Under the pieces are notes generated by a model, which saw only the letters and a list, made by a program, of their open reading frames with translations, did not search any database and was not told the DNA's origin. Of a stretch of 64,000 bases of DNA, positions 40,586-52,832 are shown one piece after another. Within the stretch, counting starts at the first letter, position 1. The number at the start of each line of letters is the position of its first letter. Made by a program: the position numbers and the translations under genes. Location of the stretch: assembly GCA_051530055.1 (NCBI GenBank), contig CM121341.1, forward strand, positions 6,178,784-6,242,783, written 5' to 3'. This DNA comes from Neoechinorhynchus agilis (Eukaryota > Animalia > Acanthocephala).

Positions 40586-40948
40586 ACGGTGGTGATTGCA
40601 CGTTTTGTACTTTATTATTGTAAAACCTTCCGCCACTTTGCATCGATCGCGATTGCGTAAGTGTTCAAAACGAAAATTAAGCTCACCAGCCGTGACAAAT
40701 ATGTGTTTGCCAAAAGTGCTTGTAGAGGTCGTCAATTTTTAAATTTTATAACAATTAATCTGGTAGTCCTTTCTTTAAAGTATAGACCGTTAATAAAATA
40801 TTGAGCATCGTAAGTGCTACGACGATGTTATGTATTTTTGCAGGTTAACTGAACAGCAGCACCGACGACGACACAACCCTAGTTCATCCTCGAAGTCCAT
40901 TGAAAATGTGCATCAAATGCCTATCATCAGTACAAAAAGAAATTCCAT

Positions 40949-42232
40949 TTGTGGAAAATATTGTCGAGACTTCTGCCCAGGAACGTTCTAAAAAGAATCC
41001 CAAGGGGCGCACAAAACTCAGAGTTGTCGTCGATTCGTCTCTTCGCGCTCCCTAAACTAATATTTTCCGTCGGTGATGTACCTCGGAGGTCTTTGACCAC
41101 ATCTATAAACGAGCAAATAAGTTCCTTTTTGACAAAATTTTTACTCGGCGCCTGTGGGCAACATGCGAGCTACGTAAGGAATGTGTCCAGAAGGCTGACC
41201 ACCGCCGAAACTCAAATTAGTCGCTTGCTGAGCGCGTTTTTCGAAGTTCGTAGACTGCCAACTGATCATCTCACGGACGCAAGGGGAAGGAATATTCCGA
41301 AAGCAATTGAGTTACTTTTCGGATCATCGCTGTGTGCCTCGTGAAAAAGAAAGGTGGGATTTGTTCCAATTGCAATTGTAGCAACTCTGCGCAGCTTAAC
41401 AGCATAAATTTTGAATAAGCGGATCACGGAAAAGGTAGGTATGCAGCTTCGAGCAACCACCGTCGCAGATAGTAGCCAGCTTAATTTTCTTTTTGAACAT
41501 TGGGCAATATCTCATTACATAATGATCTTAAACTGCAAAGAAATGTCATCGTCTCCGGTTGCACAAGACCGATGGCAGAAAGTACTGTAATCTACAAATC
41601 TGATCTTAAGGCCATACAAAAAACTGCAAAATACTTAGCCGACATTCCAAAAAGTGGTCGAATATTGCAAGGTTCTACTTCAAATTACTCACCACGGATA
41701 TTTGATGTTAAAGGCGGCGCATTACCTGGTCAAACAATTGTCCAAGAGACTGAAACAGGAGAATTCCTCCTGGAAAACAAACCCGGCGGTGCATCCGTCC
41801 TTTGTACCGTTACGCCAGGACGGCAGCTGAGTGACCTTTTCAAATTCTTTTTGTTGAGCAAAAGTTGTATGTTTTATATGACGGAAAATTGAAGAACTTT
41901 ATAAAGTTCGATATTTCGGCACAATCTGGTAACTGTGAAATATTGAACTTAATAAATTTCCTCCATTTTTTCCACCATAAAAAGCATTAACAACCGAATC
42001 TTCAAATAGTTGTATAAATAGAACGCCAACTCAATTGTTAAACGAAGTCGACGTAAATGAGCTCGAGTTCGTTCAAACTCTGGTGCTTGATCAATTTATC
42101 GCTCTTCGTGAGGTAAATTATTCTGGCAAATTGGAAATTTCTGGAGTCAAACACTTTCAAATCTATTTTCTATTATCCTTCAAATTATTGTTTAAATTAT
42201 CCAACTTATTAGTCCGGCACACCCGTCGGTAA
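40949..42232 (+). CDS. Hypothetical multi-exon protein
   Basis: ORF blocks joinable by short GT-AG introns (GTAGGT..GCAG, GTACTG..TAAG, GTTGTA..GAAG), e.g. SSQLNFLFEHWAISHY..AQDRWQK|AIQKTAKYLADIP. No family recognised; ends uncertain. Confidence 0.4.
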
Positions 42233-43015
42233 CAATTGAAGTAAAGTTTTAGTTTATCCTTCATTCTAAGAGCTGCTTTCTTTGCTTCGTCACTTTCTTT
42301 AGATAACATCTCAAATATAATGCGGCACTCATGAACATTCGTCCAATCTTGAATCTTTTCAAAAAGTGGGAATGTGCTCAAGCACTCATCCATGTCGAGA
42401 GCAAGGTCATATACGTCGGTAATTGTGTAAGAACAAATGATTCTTTTTCGAACCCACAAAAAGAACCAGTCCATAGAGCACCCCTGAGTCAGCCATCACG
42501 TACGCGTACTCTGGCAACATTTCCTTTGAGACTATTCTACGTTTGTGATTGCATTTCTTGAAATGAGGATCCGGAAAGGCGATAACTAAAATGTCCAATT
42601 GGGCTTTTCCTATGTAGAATGGTAAGTGTTTCATAGCATTCGCCCGTAAGCACCAAACGTTCCCATGAATATCACGACCACTCGCGATTCTTTGTTGAAC
42701 AAACTCGGATACACTGACTCGAATCTCCATGCCCAAACAGAGCCTTTGATGGAAATGACTTCCAAGAGAACATAAAACCGATCCGTATCCACATCCAATG
42801 TCGAGTACGCTGACTTGTTTGCATTTCAACAATGCCGTTGAAGAAAACATTGATTCCAGGCAGAGCATCGAGGGGTTCGATGGCACATTGTCACAAGAAT
42901 GAAACGAAAATGGATTGCTATGAGCGCGTTGTTTGAATAATTTCTTCTTAGGGTACGAAACTGCCGGCAATTCAACACTTGATCGTAATCGATGTTCGGA
43001 TTTTTGGTAACTCAT
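42163..43015 (-). CDS. METTL1: tRNA (guanine-N7)-methyltransferase, with an unexplained frame break at 42427-42472
   Basis: KQRAHSNPF, DIGCGYG, LGMEIR, RANAMKHLP, FPDPHFKK.NHKRRIVS, EYAYVM..SGVLY, then in another frame TITDVYDL..FPLFEKI..EAKK. Confidence 0.93.
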
Positions 43016-43067
43016 CAAAAAATATGGAGCTTAAATTTGGCTTATTTTAAATGAAAAGTCTTTTAAG

Positions 43068-43772
43068 ATGAAAAATCGAAACACTAAGCCGCAATTTTCA
43101 ATGGCTTCGACGACCGAACTCTATAAAAGCCGAGCATCCTTAAGCCCTTCCCTTGAATGTCGCTAGTTTTGGGGCGTGTAAAACCTTCAAATATGAATGA
43201 AAAATCGAAACACTAAGCCGCAATTTTCAATGGCTTCGACGACCGAACTCTATAAAAGCCGAGCATCCTTAAGCCCTTCCCTTGAATGTCGCTAGTTTTG
43301 GGACGTGTAAAACCTTCAAATATGAATGAAAAATCGAAACAGTAAGCCGCAATTTTCAATGGCTTCGACGACCGAACTCTATAAAAGCCGAGCATCCTTA
43401 AGCCCTTCCCTTGAATGTCGCTAGTTTTGGGGCGTGTAAAGCCTTCAAATATGAATGAAAAATCGAAACACTAAGCCGCAATTTTCAATGGCTTCGACGA
43501 CCGAACTCTATAAAAGCCGAGCATCCTTAAGCCCTTCCCTTGAATGTCGCTAGTTTTGGGACGTGTAAAACCTTCAAATATGAATGAAAAATCGAAACAG
43601 TAAGCCGCAATTTTCAATGGCTTCGACGACCGAACTCTATAAAAGCCGAGCATCCTTAAGCCCTTCCCTTGAATGTCGCTAGTTTTGGGGCGTGTAAAGC
43701 CTTCAAATATGAATGAAAAATCGAAACACTAAGCCGCAATTTTCAATGGCTTCGACGACCGAACTCTATAAA
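43068..43772. repeat. 129-bp tandem array, about 5.5 copies, with a 258-bp dimeric pattern
   Basis: Unit starts at 43068, 43197, 43326, 43455, 43584, 43713; units 2-3 are repeated as units 4-5 (CACT/CAGT, GGGA/GGGG, AAAA/AAAG markers). Confidence 0.97.
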
Positions 43773-43915
43773 GACCAACTATTTTTTTCTTGTTACGTTA
43801 CGTTGAGTTTCATCTGAAAGGCAAATCAATTATGAAGCCTAAATACTAACGACCGATCTATTTGGCATGTTTTATTCGATTTCCACGAGGTCATATCGAG
43901 AGTTTACGTTTTGCA

Positions 43916-46900
43916 CTATTCCCAATCCATTGGCTCCGATTCACACGATTTTTGATCGCTACGTTCCAGAGACATTTCAACATATCGCTTCTTTACATCT
44001 TCCGCGAGCCGGACGAAGGCTGTTACCGCTTCAGATTGATCCTTGAACTCGCTTATATGTTCTTCGTAAAAAATCTCGAAGGCAGAACGCTTTTTGTTAG
44101 TTTGTGGAGGTGTACCAAGTAAAGGATTGTTCCTTGCAAGAAATAAGTTCAACTACTCGAAAGAGGTGTGTGCTTATAAACAAATCAATTTCGAAGAAAT
44201 CAGGGGCAATTAAAATCTTCAGATATATTCTGTGAGGAACAATCCTTAGCTTTCGCATACTATTTAGAGATCCTAAGAGGGTTGTTTGAACGAGCCCTTT
44301 GCGTACGTTGCATTTCTTTATGTGTGAAGATTCTCCGATTTTTGAAAATATACTTATTCGAGAGCTTGGTGTGGTGGGTGATGTCTTGAAGGGCGGCCAC
44401 TTTGCTAGGTTAGTCGCATTTTCGATTTTCTGTTTAGAGAACTCCTTAAGGCTATCTGTAAGCGTGGATGGTTTTAGAATGGGAATGCTCGGCTCTTCTA
44501 TTACATCGACATCGGGTTCGTCGTCGTTCATGGTTAGCGTCGTTGTCACTTTCGATATCATCTCATTGATCTCGTCAATAACACGGCGTCTTCCTAATCG
44601 ATCGGCGCACTTCAAAGCAGATCGTAGGCACTTTGTATCCATAAATGTTAAAAGTTGAGCTGCTTTCATGTCATTGGAGTATTTACACGAAAGTTGAAAA
44701 GCCTTCAGTAAATGTTCTATGAAGTGGTGATCGCTTTTTTCGTGTGTTTTATATAAGAGATACGAGAGGACGCCATTATCAGCATGACCTGATTGACTTT
44801 GGTCGATATGTTTTTCCCGCAAACCGAAATTGGTTTCGACGAAAAGCGGCAGTCTGACTGGCATTGGGCGAGGTGTCAATACGTCCGGATACGTACATTT
44901 GCACTGAATACAAATGATGAACGAGGAGTTTTCATGGATTGATACAGGCCAATAGTGCTTCGTTTGGGCACTATAGCCAGATCGATCTTCAGGTTTGAGC
45001 CTCGTTAAATTCTGTATGAACATTGCCACGCATCCTCCACCTGAGCAGCTCGTCCTCTGGATTACTCTCAGATTCGATTCATTATCCACGTAATAAAGGT
45101 GCCGGTTATCTGTTTCTCCAAAACAACACCATATAAGATCACAATGGATGGAAACCTCGACATCAATTGAGTAACATACTCGGTCAACATCACCACTCAA
45201 ATCAAAATCGAACACCATACATCTCATCGAGTACGACGAGTAATAAAAAACAGCCAATGATTTTGCCGTACTTGTTGATGTTACTATGGTACCTGGAATA
45301 CACAAACTTGGACAACTCGGTCTACCGGCATTGGTGAACACTTTGATAGTCTGAGAACTTGTTATTACAAATATTCGTTCGTCCATGGAACAAACGCCTA
45401 ATATGTAATCATCTTCACCGACCGATTTTACATCCCACTCCATTCCAGCCCATTTTCCGCGATAGATCATACATTTTAGGTGCCGGTCGCCAGCAAGAGT
45501 GAGGGCCTGAGTGCTCAGTGAAGCTTTGTTGAACCGAGAGCGTGGGTTTGCGACATTGAAGTTGTGATGATGAAGACTGTTGTGAAATTCTACAATAATC
45601 GTTTCTTCTTTTGTGTAAGTAAGCACTATCCCTAATCTGTTCCAAACTAGAAGTGCTTGATCCAAGTGGCTTGGAGTGGAAGCAGTCTGAAAATAAGGCT
45701 GCTGCTTTTCGAGACTGACACGACGGTTTGAGAACACGGGATTCTCATCATCTTCTGGTATCGGAATGAAAGTTTTTGTGTTCAGGAAAAATAGGGGAGA
45801 AGACTGATTATTTGGGAGCTTTAGATTTGGAAACAAAACGAATTGGGCGATTTTTCAAACCCCAATGATTTCCATTCCAATAATATTGTTCTTCGCTCTT
45901 CTCCATTGCCATAGGTCATCGGCTCCATAGTTACTACATCATCATCCGTATTTTGACGAACGGGCGAATTTATTGCACTCGTTATAGTGCTTGACTTGAT
46001 CATTCCAATGTTCCCTTGTTTAGCTATAATCCATAGTTCTCCTGGTAGATCATTTGCAAACACAAGTTGACAGATCGGATTAGGTTTTGCGATGAAAAAA
46101 AGTGCCCGTGATGGTTGTTCCAGTGATTGGTTAAACATGATAATGCGTCCGTTGGAGAAGGCGACTGCCAGAACGCAGTGAGTGTTAGAGTACGCAACTG
46201 CCTGTGGTCCATCCTTCGGATCGTCCACATTCGCAATTCGATTTGATAAATTCGGAGAGTTCAAGTTAGCGATGATCGCCACTGATAGTTCAACGGGAAC
46301 CGCGAACACTTCGTCTTCATCGGCGCCCACGAATGCGATGCAAGGTCTTGAAAGCAGTTTAGAGTGGTTTATGTCGTTAGATTTCGGAAGCAATTCGAAC
46401 GACTTTATTAGAAGTCCCGAATCCAATGACCAAATTCTGATAGTTCCATCGCACGACGTTGAACACTAAACAATATATGTGAGTGAATAACAAAAAACAG
46501 CTACAACCATGTGAGATCCAGTTGAATTGCATGAGATTGCGAGGACGGGAGCTCGGTGACCCAGTAGATATTTTACTTTTAATCGATCAATCAAATCGAT
46601 CGCGCGTATCTCAAAATCACTTTAAATCGAGATTATCGTTTTTCTTAAACATTACTCACGCTGTAGCAATCAGCACTTGGTCCATTAAAGGAGTGTGCGT
46701 AATGAACGTAGCCGGAAGCTTGCTCGTAGCGAAAGTACAGAGCTTTTTGTGAGTGTCGATATCGTACACAATCACGGCGCCCATTTCGGTCCCAACGAAT
46801 GCTTTACGCTCCTACACAACAGAGATGGGAGCTAAGGGATCAAAGGCAAAACTAACAATGACATCGAGGGCCGTACAGCATTCCGATACCGAAACAGTGT

Positions 46901-47099
46901 TGTCCGGTCCTTTTGAGACTCCATCAAAAGATCTTGGCCAGAACTTCAAGTTACCATCTTGACCACACGATACGATCGTATCACTTCATCACGAAATGAA
47001 GAGCAATGAAAAATCCCCTTTTTAATACCCAAGTCCGTGAGAAATGAACGATATGCCAGGACGGTGAGCTTCATTCAAACTTATCTGAATGGGAGACAT
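43916..47099 (-). CDS. WDHD1: WD repeat and HMG-box DNA-binding protein 1 (AND-1/Ctf4), multi-exon
   Basis: N-terminal WD40 (IVSCGQDGNLKFW, GHRAPVLAI, SCDGTIRIW), SepB region (QQPYFQTASTP, LLVWNRLGIV, IVEFHNS, HYWPV, YPDVLTPRP) and C-terminal HMG-like exon (RSAFEIFYEEH). Confidence 0.9.
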
Positions 47100-47445
47100 C
47101 TAAAGATCAAATATCGGACCTTATCCATCAATAAAGGGGAAACATCGTTTTAGAAAATCAATCAAAATACAGCAAATCAACCTCTCCAACTACACACAAT
47201 CACTTCGTTCAGTCACACAAAAACAATCAAACACTAACCCGAATTTATGACCACTTAGAAAAATCGTTCTTTCGGAAAATAGAACCAAAAAAGCTGGAAT
47301 TCGGCGGGAGGTGGTGTGTTAATTGTCGAGAAATGAAGATTGATTGAATACATTTGTAAACAGGGGAAAAAAACTTTCACGAATAGATTTTTTCCCAAAA
47401 GACGAGTGCAATGTTTTATTTTGTCCGAATTTTCGCCGTTTCACG

Positions 47446-48278
47446 GCTTCGCTCTGAAAAGGTCAGAAAAGTGATAAACCGTCTGAGAATTCATCCTTCC
47501 GATTGAGTGCTACTCCGCGACCAATAATCAGAGCCTCGGCAATGGAAAGGTCTACAGGATCAGATGCCTTGGCTGACTGCTTCGCTCTGAAAAGGTCAGA
47601 AAAGTGATAAACCGTCTGAGAATTCATCCTTCCGATTGAGTGCTACTCCGCGACCAATAATCAGAGCCTCGGCAATGGAAAGGTCTACAGGATCAGATGC
47701 CTTGGCTGACTGCTTCGCTCTGAAAAGGTCAGAAAAGTGATAAACCGTCTGAGAATTCATCCTTCCGAGCGACCAATAATCAGAGCCTCGGCAATGGAAA
47801 GGTCTACAGGATCAGATGCCTTGGCTGACTGCTTCGCTCTGAAAAGGTCAGAAAAGTGATAAACCGTCTGACAATTCATCCTTCCGATTGAGTGCTACTC
47901 CGCGACCAATAATCAGAGCCTCGGCAATGGAAAGGTCTACAGGATCAGATGCCTTGGCTGACTGCTTCGCTCTGAAAAGGTCAGAAAAGTGATAAACCGT
48001 CTGAGAATTCATCCTTCCGAGCGACCAATAATCAGAGCCTCGGCAATGGAAAGGTCTACAGGATCAGATGCCTTGGCTGACTGCTTCGCTCTGAAAAGGT
48101 CAGAAAAGTGATAAACCGTCTGACAATTCATCCTTCCGATTGAGTGCTACTCCGCGACCAATAATCAGAGCCTCGGCAATGGAAAGGTCTACAGGATCAG
48201 ATGCCTTGGCTGACTGCTTCGCTCTGAAAAGGTCAGAAAAGTGATAAACCGTCTGACAATTCATCCTTCCGATTGAGT
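47446..48278. repeat. 133/119-bp tandem array (units 133,133,119,133,119,133, partial)
   Basis: Unit starts at 47446, 47579, 47712, 47831, 47964, 48083, 48216; short units lack TTGAGTGCTACTCC (14 bp). Confidence 0.97.
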
Positions 48279-50930
48279 GAAACGCTTACTTTTCGCGAGC
48301 TGAATGGTGCATTCTTTGTCGGATTCGTTCAACAACAATAACAACAAAAAAAGTCGAAAAGAAAATGAGCTAACGTTGTGGATATCCACTGCCCGAACAT
48401 CTTTTTATTTTCTATAAAATGGCTCTTTATATCGATCGAGTTTCGAAGTAGTGACCCAAATCGGAATAGCCAATAAAACCTTAAAAGTCCGTGAATTTAA
48501 AATCAATGGTCAAATCACAAGAGATGCTCAATACACGAAAACGCTTACTTTTCGCAAGCTGAATGGTGCATTCTTTGTCGGATTCGTTCAACAACAAAAA
48601 AAATCGAAAAGAAAATGAGCTAAAGTTGTGGATATCCACTGCCCGAACATCTTTTTATTTTCTATAAAATGGCTCTTTATATCGATCGAGTTTCGAAGTA
48701 GTGACCCAAATCGGAATAGCCAATAAAACCTTAAAAGTCCGTGAATTTACAATCAATGGTCAAATCACAAGAGAAGCTCAATACACGAAAACGCTTACCT
48801 TTCGCAAGCTGAATGGTGCATTCTTTGTCGGATTCGTTCAACAACAAAAAAAATCGAAAAGAAAATGAGCTAAAGTTGTGGATATCCACTGCCCGAACAT
48901 CTTTTTATTTTCTATAAAATGGCTCTTTATATCGATCGAGTTTCGAAGTAGTGACCAATCGGAATAGCCAATAAAACCTTAAAAGTCCGTGAATTTACAA
49001 TCAATGATCAAATCACAAGACGAGCTCAATACACGAAAACTCTTACCTTTCGCAAGCTGAATGGTGCATTCTTTGTCGGATTCGTTCAACAACAACAATA
49101 ACAACAAAAAAAGTCGAAAAGAAAATGAGCTAAAGTTGTGGATATCCACTGCCCGAACATCTTTTTATTTTCTATAAAATGGCTCTTTATATCGATCGAG
49201 TTTCGACGTAGTGACCTAAATCGGAATAGCCAATAAAACCTTAAAAATTGGTGAATTTACAATCAATGGTCAAATCACAAGAGAAGCTCAATACACGGAA
49301 ACGCTTACTTTTCGCGAGCTGAATGGTGCATTCTTTGTCGGATTCGTTCAACAACAACAAAAATCGAAAAGAAAATGAGCTAACGTTGTGGATATCCACT
49401 GCCCGAACATCTTTTTATTTTCTATAAAATGGCTCTTTATATCGATCGAGTTTCGAAGTAGTGACCCAAATCGGAATAGCCAATAAAACCTTAAAAGTCC
49501 GTGAATTTACAATCAATGATCAAATCACAAGACGAGCTCAATACACGAAAACTCTTACCTTTCGCAAGCTGAATGGTGCATTCTTTGTCGGATTCGTTCA
49601 ACAACAACAATAACAACAAAAAAAAGTCGAAAAGAAAATGAGCTAAAGTTGTGGATATCCACTGCCCGAACATCTTTTTATTTTCTATAAAATGGCTCTT
49701 TATATCGATCGAGTTTCGACGTAGTGACCCAAATCGGAATAGCCAATAAAACCTTAAAAATTGGTGAATTTACAATCAATGGTCAAATCACAAGAGAAGC
49801 TCAATACACGAAAACGCTTACTTTTCGCGAGCTGAATGGTGCATTCTTTGTCGGATTCGTTCAACAACAAAAAAAATCGAAAAGAAAATGAGCTAAAGTT
49901 GTGGATATCCACTGCCCGAACATCTTTTTATTTTCTATAAAATGGCTCTTTATATCGATCGAGTTTCGACGTAGTGACCCAAATCGGAATAGCCAATAAA
50001 ACCTTAAAAATTCGTGAATTTACAATCAATGGTCAAATCACAAGAGAAGCTCAATACACGAAAACGCTTACCTTTCGCGAGCTGAATGGTGCATTCTTTG
50101 TCGGATTCGTTCAACAACAAAAAAAAGTCGAAAAGAAAATGAGTTAACGTTGTGGATATCCACTGTCCGAACATCTTTTTATTTTCTATAAAATCGCTCT
50201 TTATATCGATCGAGTTTCGACGTAGTGACCCAAATCGGGATAGCCAATAAAACCTTAAAAATTGGTGAATTTACAATCAATGGTCAAATCACAAGAGGAG
50301 CTCAATACACGAAAACGCTTACCTTTCGCGAGCTGAGTGGTGCATTCTTTGTCGGATTCGTTCAACAACAAAAAAAAGTCGAAAAGAAAATGAGTTAACG
50401 TTGTGGATATCCACTGTCCGAACATCTTTTTATTTTCTATAAAATCGCTCTTTATATCGATCGAGTTTCGACGTAGTGACCCAAATCGGGATAGCCAATA
50501 AAACCTTAAAAATTGGTGAATTTACAATCAATGGTCAAATCACAAGAGGAGCTCAATACACGAAAACGCTTACCTTTCGCGAGCTGAGTGGTGCATTCTT
50601 TGTCGGATTCGTTCAACAACAAAAAAAAGTCGAAAAGAAAATGAGTTAACGTTGTGGATATCCACTGTCCGAACATCTTTTTATTTTCTATAAAATCGCT
50701 CTTTATATCGATCGAGTTTCGACGTAGTGACCCAAATCGGGATAGCCAATAAAACCTTAAAAATTGGTGAATTTACAATCAATGGTCAAATCACAAGAGA
50801 AGCTCAATACACAAAAACGCTTACCTTTCGCGAGCTGAGTGGTGCATTCTTTGTCGGATTCGTTCAACAACAACAATAACAACAAAAAAAGTCGAAAAGA
50901 AAATGAGCTAGAACATCTTTTTATTTTCTA
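48279..50930. repeat. About 250-bp tandem array (248-263 bp), about 10.5 copies
   Basis: Unit starts near 48279, 48537, 48787, 49035, 49297, 49547, 49810, 50060, 50311, 50562, 50813; length varies at a (CAA)n/A-run; contains the palindrome GTGGATATCCAC. Confidence 0.97.
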
Positions 50931-52832
50931 CTAGCTGGCTGGACATAATTTCTTGAAATGAGTTGAGCAACGCTGGGAAGGTTAATCTTCGTGAAAGCGT
51001 GATCGAAGATGCGCAAAAGCGCATAACGTTCCTCGAGGGTACACCCAAGTATCATCGTGAGAGCATTGAGACTGGTCCTTCTCACACTCGGTTCGGAGCT
51101 AGAAAAGCACCGAATCAACACTGCTCGGATGTACTCCAAATTCACTGGTTCAAAAGGATGTTCCACACATGAAACAGCTTCAAGCCTGACGCGGAGCAAT
51201 GCAATTTCTCTCGAATGGTCCACCTGCTCTGCACGAAGTCGGTTTGCAAGAGCCATCCGATCTCTTTGTAACTCTCCCAATTCACATCTATATCGCTGTT
51301 CGATTAATAAACGCGGAATGGGACCGTTATTGTCCTCAGCTTTCGTATCAGGAAATACACCACTAAATTGTTTCGTTTCCATATTAAGGATTGCTCGGTT
51401 GAGTAACCTTCGCCATGCTTCACTTTCAGTTTGTTTCTCGATCTCTATTCTGTGCATTCTGCTTCGAAGCTCAAGAATGTCGTCTCGGCCACTAATGGAT
51501 GTTATTAACGAAAAACTAACCGATATTAACACCCATCTGATTACATTCCAGTTCCTTATTAAATTTTTCGATAATTCGATCCCTTTCGTTCCTCAGATTT
51601 GCAATTTCCGCTTTCAGGGAGGATACGTAATCATTGTTGCTGTCCGTAGAGTTGGTCGGCGAAATAGATGTAAGGGTATTGACAATAAATTCGGTGCTCA
51701 TTTCGGTGTCACCATCCTCGGTCTGTACTTCAACTGATTGAACAGAGAACTCATGCAAAGATACCAACGGGTCTTCAGTTTTTATTTAAACGTTTTTTCT
51801 CAAACAGCCGCAGAGCAAGAAGATGGCAATGTACACGAGTATATCTCAATGTTTTGATTTTGGTTTTATTTAGTTTTGATGAAGATAACCACCAAAAATG
51901 TAGTTTTAGTATGAAAATCACAAAAATGTAGAAAAAGCGTTTAGCGACTCTACTGCTCATGGTTGCCGCGGCGATATCTTCCTCGCTTGCACTTTGGAGG
52001 TATCCGATCATTTTGCGCCCATTTTCTAATTCCCTTCTCAAAGAAGCTACTAACTTCACATTGTCCATTTTTTCCTTTTCCAAACTATCAATCATCATTT
52101 GCCTGCTCTCAATCTCCGATTTCATCGATTCTTCTTTTATCTTAAAAAGATTACGTTCACTGTCAAGCATTCCTCCAAAATATTCCTCGGTTTTCTGCAT
52201 ATATTCAGATAAACTCGCTGCCTTTTCGAGCTCCACGATTTCTTCTTTATCGTCCAATTTTCGTTGCAATTGAGCCACTTTAGATTGCAGACTGGTATTT
52301 TGTTCTCCCAGCGAATGTTCCATCTTTAATTTAGAAATTCTTAACTCAGTGGTTTCGTTCGACAATCTTTCAATCTACCTTGAGAAAAATCGTTTTCCAC
52401 TGGGGCGATTTAGGAGTGAAAATTTACCCGGTTCTTTAGATCGACCACTTCTTGTTTACTTTCATCCCATTTTATTTTACAGACCGCATAAGCTGATTTC
52501 AGTTCCGTAATTCCTTCCTTAACAAGATTGAACAAAGTGGACTAATAAGCAGTACGGGGAAAGAGAATACTCACGATGAACTTTGATCTCTCTTCTGCGT
52601 AGCGTTCCTGTTTTTCCTTCAAAATCTTACATTCCTCAGTAATATCTTGTATCCTGGCAAGTACTTGATCGTCGTCATCCTCCGGCGTCAAATCAATAAG
52701 AGATTTTATTTCATTCATTCTGGACTGTGTATTAGAACTGAGAATAGGTTCATTTTCGCCTTTATCGAAAGCTGAGATGGCATTATTATCCGTTATTGTT
52801 GGCACTAGTGCATAATCATTAGTGTTAGACAT
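50921..52832 (-). CDS. GCC1: GRIP-domain coiled-coil golgin (GCC88-like), multi-exon
   Basis: Long coiled coil, then HSREIALL..PVNLEYIRAVLIRCF..RRTSLNALTMILGCTLEER, resembling the GCC1 C-terminus (HREEVAAL..ANLEYLKNIIYRFL..RQQTLTAILTILHFSPEEK). Confidence 0.75.

Noticed and set aside
42427-42474. U12-type AT-AC intron in METTL1
   Set aside because: There is no ATATCCT/GTATCCT donor consensus, and no AT..AC pair in this stretch gives the required phase.
51057-51737. 226-aa antisense ORF and similar opposite-strand ORFs over genes and retroelements
   Set aside because: These are shadow ORFs of well-supported coding sequence on the other strand, with no independent motifs.
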